DNA from: Flaccisagitta enflata
Taxonomy: Eukaryota
Direction of reading: 5' to 3'
Length of the DNA: 64,000 nt
Assembly: GCA_965153355.1 (NCBI GenBank)
Contig: OZ231126.1
Coordinates: 5,828,001 to 5,892,000 of the forward strand
Below are positions 47,801-64,000 of this stretch, piece by piece (the stretch's first letter is position 1; the number at the start of each line of letters is the position of its first letter). A program made the translations under genes and the position numbers. The notes beneath the pieces are model-generated. The model did no database searches. It saw only the letters and a program-made list of their open reading frames with translations, and had not been told where the DNA came from.

Positions 47801-48384
47801 CCCAGGTTAGTGCAATAGGGACTGCTGAGGGACTGCTAGATGCATCCCCATGCTAGTTAAAGATATACTTTTGCGACATACTTATCATACTGAGATTTTT
47901 TTTTTAGGGACTGCTGAGGGACTGCTGAACGCATCCCCTAGTTAGGGTTAGAGGGACTGCTGAGGGACTGCTAAGCGCATCCCCAAGTTAAGGTAGGAGG
48001 GACTGCTAAGGGACTGCTGGGTGCATCCCCATCTTAGTTGAGATGATACTTTGGGGGGACTGCTGAGGGATTGCTGGGCGCATCCCCAAAATGTTGAGAG
48101 CTTGGGACTGCTGCAAGACTGCTAGGTACATCCCCAGAATAAGGAAGAAAATTAGCAAACAGGGACTGCTGCGTTTGGTACTGCTAAAATGATCTTACCT
48201 CGATTAACGAGAATTTTCCAAGCACCTTAGCAAGCTTCAGAAAGAAATAGACAGCAATAGAAAAAGAAGGCGAAACAAAGAAGAAGAGAAACAGAAACAA
48301 TGAAAGAAACAAACAAAATCCAACAAACAAACAAAGAAGGATTGAGAGAAAAGGTGAAGAAGAGAAAGGAAGAAGAGAAAGGAA

Positions 48385-48416
<32 letters not shown>

Positions 48417-48447
48417 AAAAAAAGAAAAAAAGAAAGAAAGAAAGAAA

Positions 48448-48535
<88 letters not shown>

Positions 48536-50718
48536 AATATTAATAGGCAAAAACACCCTAAGGAACCTGCGGAAATACGAACCAAGTATGGGTGGTTCTG
48601 CTAGGGCGGCGATTCTGAATGAGGGATGAATGGGAAGAATCTTCTTATGCGCCATTTCGGCGTCACTCCATCCGGTTTTACGCGCGACGGCGTCGAACTT
48701 CCGGCGTTCGAGGAGTCGAGTGCCGTCGAACAGCGTCGCCTCTCGGTCGTGGACGAGGCGCTGCAGAGTCGCCAAAGTCGATCGATGAAGTCGATGAATC
48801 CCGTCGAGGACCGCCAGACGACCTGGGGTGAGAATGGCAAACATGAGAATGTCAGAAGTCATCGTCGGGAGTGTCAACCGAGGGGCGTCCAACAGCGTAT
48901 ATTATCGCCTCACAGATTTTCTCAGTCGTCTTTGAGAATTGAGACACTCCTCAACTAAAATAGAGGCAGTGACTGCTGACTAGTTGAATTTGTTCACAGC
49001 TTGTATCTCTGCGAGTCATGATGGACAGGTGGTTCTGGTTTGTGGCAAGTGGTAAGCCGCGGCAGCAGCTTTGATTAGCAACATCCCTTACCTTCGATGG
49101 CGGCAGTGACTAGAGGACTTTGGATCCAGACTGTATCTCCTTGAGGCGTGGTAGTTCTGGTTTGTAACAAGTCTCTTGCTGACATGTCGGCGTAGAGGAG
49201 AATCGGCGAGACTTCGTAACCCAACAAAGACGCGAAACGAGAAATCACTTCAGTCTTGCCGCAACCTGCAACAAATCAAGAATTTTTACAATAGCAAGTC
49301 TCCCGATGACGCAACCGGTCACACGCAGCATGAGGCGATGATACTTTTTAGATGCGTCATCGCATCTCTATAAGAGGGTCTGTCCGTCGGTCCGTCGGTC
49401 CGTCGGTCCGTCCGTCGGTCCGTTACGCCTCTTCTAATATCACGCAGATGACGCATCTAGTTGCCCGATCGGGCTTGTTTCTTTAGAAACAACGACCAGT
49501 TAAACCATAATCTAAATCACGCAACAATGGTCCAGGTTTGCAATAAATGTACAACCTGTCACAGTCCCACAAATCTGCAATTTAACGTGTTCTCTGCTGA
49601 TACAACCTCCAAGCATCACTTTCAGAACTTGGTTCGTACCACCACTTTTAAGGGGACGTTTCTAGTCACAGACAATCGCGTTTTGAACGGGCCACTTGGT
49701 CGCTCACACCGCTCACTCCACTCACTCGCTCCGCAGCGCTCGCTCACTCTGTTCACGGGCTCGCTCACTCACTTTGCGCACTCCCTTGTGGAACAGTTGA
49801 AATTTGTTAATATGTGTTCACGTTGTTATCGCGTTTCATGGGAACAAACGCGTTTTTGGCGCTCACTAGAAACACGCCCCAAGTCACCTTTGGGTCCAAC
49901 GAGACAAAAGTCGCGAACCGCGTGAGATTGAAATAGTTCGCCCAAAACAGACTCGTGATAAGAGTTTGGAATATAACCAGACGAGGAGGAGGAAGAGGAG
50001 GAAGAGGAGGAAGAGGAAGAAGAGAAAAGATCCTCCTTGACCGGTTTCGTTCCCTTAGGAACGGCGAATGAATGTTTCTTCCGCTTAGCACCGTCAGAAA
50101 TCAGCGTCACTTCCGCTTCGAAAGGCGTCGACGACGAGGATGCGGATGTCGTCGACGCGTCCGAAACGCTTCCGACTTGGAAGTGGTCGTCGACTTTGGC
50201 TTCGAGGAGGTCGAAAGTATTGAGCGCGTCTCGGGCGATTTTCTGCCCTTCCTCCTTCATGACAGTCTCGTAAGGATAAACTCGTTTGATTAATGATTGG
50301 GCAGAGAGAGACGGAACTCGATCTAACACACGAGCGACTTCCGGCAGAAGGTCGGAAGGGAATTCCAACAATGAAAATCCACCGCCAACGTCCTGATGGG
50401 AAAGGATTGTGAATGAATGAATGAATGAATGAATGAATGAAATAATGAATGAATGAATGAATGAATGAATGAATGAATGAATGAATGAAAGAAGAAGGTC
50501 GGAAGGGAATTCCAACAATGAAAATCCACCGCCGACGTCCTGATGGGAAAGGATTGTGAATGAATAAATGAATGAATGAATGAATGAATGAATGAATGAA
50601 TGAAAGAATGAATGAATGAAAGAAAGCAAGAAAGAAAGAAAGAAAAAATGAAAGAATGAATGAATGAATGAATGAATGAATGAATGAATGAATGAATGAA
50701 TGAATGAAAGAAAGAAAA

Positions 50719-50778
<60 letters not shown>

Positions 50779-51371
50779 ATGAATGAATGAATGATTGAAT
50801 GATTGAATGAATGAATGAATGAATGAATGAATGAATGAATGAATGAAAGAAAGAAAGAAAGAAAGAATAAATGAATGAATGAATGAATGAATGAATGAAT
50901 GAAAGAATGAATGAATGAATGAATGAATGAATGAATGAATGGATGAATGAATGAATGAATGAATAAATGAATGAATGAATGAATAAATGAATGAATGAAT
51001 GAATGAATGAATGAATGAATGAATGAATGAATGAATGAATGAATAAATGAATGAATGAATAAATGAAATAATGAATAAATGAAATAATGAATGAATGAAA
51101 TAATGAATGAATGAAATAATGAATGAATGAAATAATGAATGAATGAATGAATGAATGAATGAATGAATGAATGAATGGATGAATGAATGAAAGAAAGAAA
51201 GAAAGAAAGAATGAATTATGGTGCTTGCAGTCGACGACAAGTTGCAAACCTTGGATCCGAGTGTGGTCACGAATCCCAAGAGGCGTTTGAGTCTATCCGC
51301 ATCCACGCGCGGAGCAACTCTTTGAAGTTCATTCAGACGCTCGGCGTAAGGAGGAGTGGCCACGTCGCGAG
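26873..51371 (-). CDS. VWA8: von Willebrand factor A domain-containing protein 8 (mitochondrial AAA+ ATPase/VWA), 5'-partial, 25 exons, ~1740 codons in window
   Basis: Exons (- strand): 51371-51250, 50392-49888, 49265-49092, 48822-48583, 41805-41634, 41408-41080, 40797-40553, 40179-39901, 39555-39276, 38862-38694, 37752-37553, 36540-36373, 35858-35647, 33841-33695, 33566-33403, 32819-32528, 32054-31887, 31335-31174, 30514-30298, 29705-29540, 29337-29259, 28946-28685, 28237-28131, 27799-27611, 27043-26873. Phases are consistent. Motifs: CLVGPKGCGKT, LLLVGNQGVGKNKIVDRFL..QLHRDTTV, VVDEADKAP, LANRPGFPFLGNDFF, YPYSTRE, HVGGNTWAGGSGGRDTAGLGGKGGPFRLD, VDVSGSMYRFNG (MIDAS), VNAFAIFIGSLGDQA..LQQIFTS. 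Confidence 0.95.
27190..27550. repeat. 16-bp minisatellite (gagtgagtgatcagtg/t)n
   Basis: Tandem array in the last VWA8 intron. Confidence 0.9.
29064..29243. mobile_element. TA-flanked MITE (cagt...actg ends)
   Basis: TA|cagtaggaccctgc ... gcggggtcccactg|TA. Related fragments near 1374-1430 and 6725-6835. Confidence 0.5.
29670..30140 (-). repeat. 96-bp tandem array: acceptor plus first ~34 nt of a VWA8 exon, five acceptor copies
   Basis: tttcag|GTCATCAAGTGTATCAAGTTCCAGACAGCGAAAA repeated, with exon starts at 29705, 29801, 29897, 29993 and ~30108. Confidence 0.92.
32220..32527. repeat. ~95-bp tandem repeat x3 starting at a VWA8 donor site
   Basis: Units contain aatggcaagaacaattacacatcggttccgtg...gatcgccgatcggca. 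On the - strand each begins GTGGGT. Confidence 0.75.
33130..33465 (-). repeat. 88-bp tandem array: last 62 nt of a VWA8 exon plus GTAAGT donor, four copies
   Basis: Donor G positions at 33402, 33314, 33226 and 33138. Confidence 0.92.
33908..34307. mobile_element. Tc1/mariner-type MITE with long TIRs
   Basis: TA|cagacgggaccctattaagagtggaggagggacccaaagttttagcatcacccc...ggggtgatgctaaaactttgggtccctcctccgctcttattagggtcccgtctg|TA. Confidence 0.85.
34448..34761. mobile_element. hAT-type MITE
   Basis: TIR caggggtgtatatagttgag / ctcaactttaaacacccctg, with a perfect 8-bp TSD TCGGAAAT (34440-34447, 34762-34769). Confidence 0.85.
35087..35613. mobile_element. TA-flanked MITE with long degenerate TIRs
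   Basis: TA|caactgtaacgaaagaaaccttta ... taaaggtttcttttgttacagttg|TA. Arms remain alignable for over 100 bp. Confidence 0.75.
36563..36825. mobile_element. PIF/Harbinger(Tourist)-like MITE
   Basis: Ends gggggcgtttctagt / actagaaacacgccc flanked by 3-bp TCA on both sides. A second copy is at 49652-49880 and a fragment at ~18940-19065. Confidence 0.7.
37653..38395 (-). repeat. 128-bp tandem array: acceptor plus first ~100 nt of a VWA8 exon, six copies
   Basis: Exon-start copies at 38392, 38264, 38136, 38008, 37880 and 37752. Only the last runs on into the rest of the exon. Confidence 0.93.
41852..48199. mobile_element. Foldback/Mutator-like element: kb-long inverted arms made of ~120-bp tandem subrepeats, 9-bp TSD
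   Basis: Left end ggtaagatcattttagcagtaccgaacgcagcagtccct is the reverse complement of right end agggactgctgcgtttggtactgctaaaatgatcttacc. Flanks are TCCATTAAC (41843-41851) and TCGATTAAC (48200-48208). Left arm ~41852-44800, right arm ~46350-48199, AT-rich spacer. Confidence 0.88.
49652..49880. mobile_element. Second copy of the Harbinger-like MITE
   Basis: Similar over its whole length to 36563-36825; ends only ~7 bp from a VWA8 donor site. Confidence 0.7.
50410..51215. repeat. (GAAT)n/(GAAA)n microsatellite
   Basis: Direct tetranucleotide runs filling a VWA8 intron. Confidence 0.92.
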
Positions 51372-51974
51372 CTAAGAAATCGGAAATGAAATTGAGAATG
51401 GTGTTCTTTCATTTTATTTTCTTTGATTATCCTTTCTTTTGTTTTTTTTTTTGTTTCGTCGCATTTTGTGCGTGGAAGATCCTGCCAGACCAACATACTG
51501 CTCTGTCTGGAGAAATGGACTGAGATTGTTGATGGGGGAAACAGTGTTGATGTGGCTTATTTTGATTATGCCAAAGCATTTGATAAAGTATCCCATAGGC
51601 TGCTCCTTCTAAAGCTGCAAAGTTATGGGATTGATGGCAAACTTTTGAACTGGCTCAAAGACTATCTGGATAATCGAAGACAAAGAGTTGTTGTTGGAAA
51701 TGCTATGTCCCAATGGCTGGAGGTGGTAAGCGGCACCACACAAGGAACAGTTCTAGGTTTTCTCCTCTTCCTGCTGTTCATTAATGATCTCCCAAAAGCA
51801 TGTAGCCCGGAAGATGAATCCCTTGTGATGCTGTTGGCAGATGATACCAAAAGTTATCAGGAGATTCAAAAAGATGCTAATCGGCACATGGATGACCAGG
51901 CTGCGCTCCAAAGCAGAATCAACCGCATTGCGTATTGGGCAGAAGAATGGAAAATGGAAATCAATGCAAAAAAG

Positions 51975-53212
51975 CTTAAAAACAACAGTCCTCGACTGTA
52001 GTCTATTTGGTGTCCGACCCGGCTACTCAGTCTGACCCGGCTACTCAGTCTGACCCGGCTACTCAGTCTGACCCGGCTACTCAGTCTGACCCGGCTACTC
52101 AGTCTGACCCGGCTACTCAGTCTGACCCGGCTACTCAGTCTGACCCGGCTACTCAGTCTGACCCGGCTACTCAGTCTGACCCGGCTACTCAGTCTGACCC
52201 GGCTACTCAGTCTGACCCGGCTACTCAGTCTGACCCGGCTACTCAGTCTGACCCGGCTACTCAGTCTGACCCGGCTACTCAGTCTGACCCGGCTACTCAG
52301 TCTGACCCGGCTACTCAGTCTGACCCGGCTACTCAGTCTGACCCGGCTACTCAGTCTGACCCGGCTACTCAGTCTGACCCGGCTACCAATTGCATACCTT
52401 AAAGTCCATGATGGCATACCTAGAAGTTCATGGTGGCATACCTTGCAGCCTATGATGGCATACCTTGAAGCCCAAAATTTTCAAATTTTTTCAGAAAAAA
52501 AATTTTTTTTTCAAAAAAAAAAAAAATTTCAAAAAAAAAAAAAGATTTAAAAAAAAAAAATTTGTTTATCAAAAAAAAAAAAAAAAAAAATTTATAAAAA
52601 AAAAATCTTTTTTTTCAAAAAAAAAATTTTTAAGTCCAGGAAATAATGTTACTAGATACATCATAAATACCCTTATATTTTCTTAACCAATATTCAGAAT
52701 TTACTGAAATCTTGCAGGGGAGCTTTAATCGATGCAATGAACCTTCACAACAAGTTTGAACAACATTTGTGAACCTTTACTACCCTTCCCCAATGTAAAT
52801 TGTACAAGTCCAGGAATTAATATTACTAGCAAAATACCCTAATATCTTCTAAACCAATACTCGGAATTATCTGAAATCTTGCAGGGGAGCTTTAATTGAT
52901 GCAATAAACATAAACAACAAGTTTGAACAACATTGGTGAACCTTTACTACCCTTCCCCTATGTAAATTGCACAAGTCCAGGAATTAATATTACTACAAAA
53001 ATAATAGGCAAAGGGTATCAAATATTTATGAATGTTGTTGAAAGTTGGTACACAGGTTAGTAATGCCCCAAAAACAACACTGACCAAGTTTCATCAACAT
53101 CTGAGTTGTGGTTCTCAAGTTTTTAAGGGTTGACACGACGACGACCAACACACGACTCACTACACGATCAAGGCTATGTTATAGTCCTCGACGTAAACTG
53201 ATCGTCGAGGAC
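51975..53212 (+). mobile_element. Helentron-associated (HINE/DINE-1-like) element inserted into the LINE ORF
   Basis: 5' aacaaca+gtcctcgac (51988-51996); 3' hairpin gtcctcgacg-taaactgat-cgtcgaggac (53184-53212) followed by an A-run; internal 18-bp array. Removing it restores the LINE frame. Confidence 0.75.
52012..52386. repeat. Near-perfect 18-bp tandem array (tctgacccggctactcag) x~20
   Basis: Direct repeats inside the inserted element. Confidence 0.95.
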
Positions 53213-54187
53213 AAAAAGTCCAAGGTTATGCATATTGGCAAAGATAACCCTTGTCTTGGGTATGCAATCAATGGATCAATGATTGAAACAGTATCCGTTG
53301 AAAAAGACATTGGGTTCTGGATCTCAGATGACTTATCCACAGCCACACATGTAAGCAAGGCAAGAAGCAAGGCGCTGGGTGAAATCGCGCGCATACGTCG
53401 GAACTTCACATACATCGACAAGAGAGCATTCTGTGTGCTGTACAACCAAAGAATTCGGCCACACCTTGATTATGGAATGACGGCATGCCCACCTGGATCA
53501 TCAGCAGCTTCTAAGGAGCTGGAGGCTGTACAATCGAAGGCGACTTCCATGGTTTGGGGACTCAAACGGCTAAATTCAGAAGAAAGAAGGAAAAAGCTTG
53601 GTCTGATGACTCTGGATCAAAGACGAGACAGAGGAGATCTCATAGAAGTATTCAAGATGCTCAAAGGCCTCACAAGGATCAACCCAGGGATGTTCTGGGA
53701 AGTGCGTGATGCAAGAGGTGGCCCGAGGCTGGTCAAAGAAATGGCAGCGAATGGCCGAAAGCAAAGGCACACCTTCTTTTCTTACAGGGTTATCCAGAAG
53801 TGGAACCTACTTCCGGCAGACTTGAAAATGGCTAAGTCCCTCGATTCCTTCAAGAATCGCCTTGATGAGAGGATCCTGAAGGCCAACTAACATGGTAAAG
53901 GGGTTGACCCTAACCCCTCAAGACTGGAAATCGTAAGTTTTATCTGCTATTATGGATGATCAGTCAGTGGACAAACCGGTATTGATATAAATCTCTACAG
54001 TCAGTTTAGTTTCTAAGTTGTAGATGATTTTAGATCGTAGGCTTAAAACTACTCCATAGAATCTTTCTATCCACCGAAATCTTCTTCACAAAGTAACATT
54101 ACTACAGAGAGGCTATACGAAAAATATTTGAATGCGAATTCGTCATAACCATAACATCTAAGTTTTTGGAGTTACCGAAATCAGCAA

Positions 54188-62421
<8,234 letters not shown>

Positions 62422-64000
62422 CCAATCTGTCCTCAAATCGTAGCTAAACGAGGTCAACACCTACAAGTTGCTTGTGCCTAATCAAATCGCAAATAGGGTA
62501 GTAGTGTTGTTCATATTTATATCCAATTTGATTTCATAGATTTGATCAAAAAATGTTCAAAACTTGTGTGGACGGACCGACGGGCTGACAAAGCGGAATG
62601 TTAAGTCGCATGCATGTGTTTGAATGATCAGCAAGGTCTTCTTATTCATTTACATTGTATAAAAACAATGCGTTTGGAATTACAATTTTATCGTTACAAA
62701 AAAGAACTGTACTGGTTTGGACACGAGGGCCTTTTTTTTACACTACTCGATTGATACCAAAGGACTGACGGAACAAGGCCAAGTAGGCGAATGAGGTGCG
62801 ACGCGTGGATTGTCGAATGAATGCATTACCGACAGACAGACAGACTGACCAATGGACACAGCCAGTTATAGAGGTGCTTTGTCGCACCTAAAAAGCCTCT
62901 TATAAATTCGCTAGTCGCGACTAGAAATGAACAAGGCTAAGCAGCCCGATGATAGGTCCTCTTTGAATGAACATTTTTAGGTGCGCCAACGCACCTCTAT
63001 AACTGGCTGTGTTCGTTGGTTGGACGGTCAGTTGGTCTGTCGGTTGGGTAAAGAATTCCTTCGACGATCCACACAGCGCACCTTATTGGCCAACTTGGCC
63101 TCGTTTTTAGTCGCGGACTCGCGATTCTAGAATTTGCCGTGTCGGTCGGTCGGTCGGTCGGTCTGTCCGTCGGTAACCAAATCAAAATGCGAGCGTTTTT
63201 TTGCCATTCCGCTCCTGCCCACCCGTCCGCGACTTAGGGAGAGTGTATACGGCCTTGTTTTGAATGAACGTTGTTTATGAATGAACAAAGGACTGAATGA
63301 ATGATTGAATGATAGAATGAACAAATAATTGGTTGGTGCTGGTTTCGGTGTAAAATAGCTTCAGATTTCGCGATTTTAATGCTTGCGTGATGGACAGATT
63401 GACCAACCAACCATCCAAACAATGGACAGACATGACCTCTTACAGAGATGCGAGGACGCATCTAAAAACGTCTTTTACAATTATTTCCGATCGGCGGTAG
63501 CCGCTAATCCCGCCATTACTGGTAAGATTGTGAGGCCTTTATGGTCAGACGTGATCGTAGATTCGGTCTCTTGTCGGGATTCTTCCGCAAACTAGGGGGA
63601 TCCATAATCTAAGTGTGGAATCAGAACGGCGACGATTCTTGTCAGATTTGACTGGACGATGTCTGAGTTAAACATCAAACTCGAGGAATTTTATTCCAAT
63701 CCATTCATGAGACTCACTTGGCATTTGCAGATAGCCGTATAACTTGAAAATGAAATTCCATCAATTTTTTTTCCAAAACATGAGTTGATACAGAATTTGC
63801 CCCTTTGTGAGCACCATGACTAGTGCTTAATCAAATCGCAAATCGGGTAATATATATGCTGTCCAGCTGACAGTCAGGGAAAAAAGACAAAATGAAATCA
63901 TGTTGCTAATTCTTTACTTTCAAAGGACAATGATATGTTCAAGGGAGTCATCACAATCCACAAGGCTAATTCATGCTATCAATCCTCGTATTCTTTTGGT

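Larger units (their letters stand above)
51462..53990 (+). mobile_element. 5'-truncated CR1-type LINE (reverse transcriptase C-terminal half), interrupted
   Basis: FVRGRSCQTN..VDVAYFDYAKAFDKVSH..SGTTQGTVLGFLLFLLFINDLP..ADDTK..WKMEINAKK (to 51974) resumes as KSKVMHIG..EKDIG..LYNQRIRPHLDYG..RRDRGDLIEVFK..FFSYRVIQKWNLLP (53213-53890). Confidence 0.9.

Noticed and set aside
51866-52417. SDPATQ / SSRVRL repeat proteins
   Set aside because: Translations of an 18-bp tandem array inside a non-coding insertion.
63480-64000. Possible - strand exons (VWA8 5' part or another gene)
   Set aside because: Splice-like signals are present, but the frames are short, stop-interrupted and show no VWA8 motifs; cannot be supported.

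Overview
Repeat-rich eukaryotic (invertebrate animal-like) genomic DNA with spliced genes. All gene models were reconstructed by hand from GT/GC-AG junctions and reading-frame phase. From left to right the window holds: (1) the 3' part of a + strand C-type lectin gene (EPN/WND motifs); (2) a tightly packed run of four - strand genes, transcribed in the order VWA8 (25 exons in the window, 5' end missing), HTRA2, intronless HADH and a TARBP2/Loquacious-type three-dsRBD gene, separated by only 0.57-0.86 kb and each with an AG acceptor just upstream of the ATG, which is operon-like; (3) a 5'-truncated CR1-type LINE split by a Helentron-like non-autonomous element; (4) an unrecognised 7-exon + strand gene (PHD finger plus C2HC zinc finger) that apparently lies antisense inside a VWA8 intron. 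Introns are packed with microsatellites, MITEs, DINE-1/HINE-like elements and a 6.3-kb Foldback/Mutator-like element with a 9-bp target duplication. The most unusual signal is that about 15 exon boundaries across four genes are tandemly re-copied into the adjacent intron together with their splice site (2-6 copies each). This suggests a recurrent junction-duplication process that grows introns and creates arrays of decoy or alternative splice sites.
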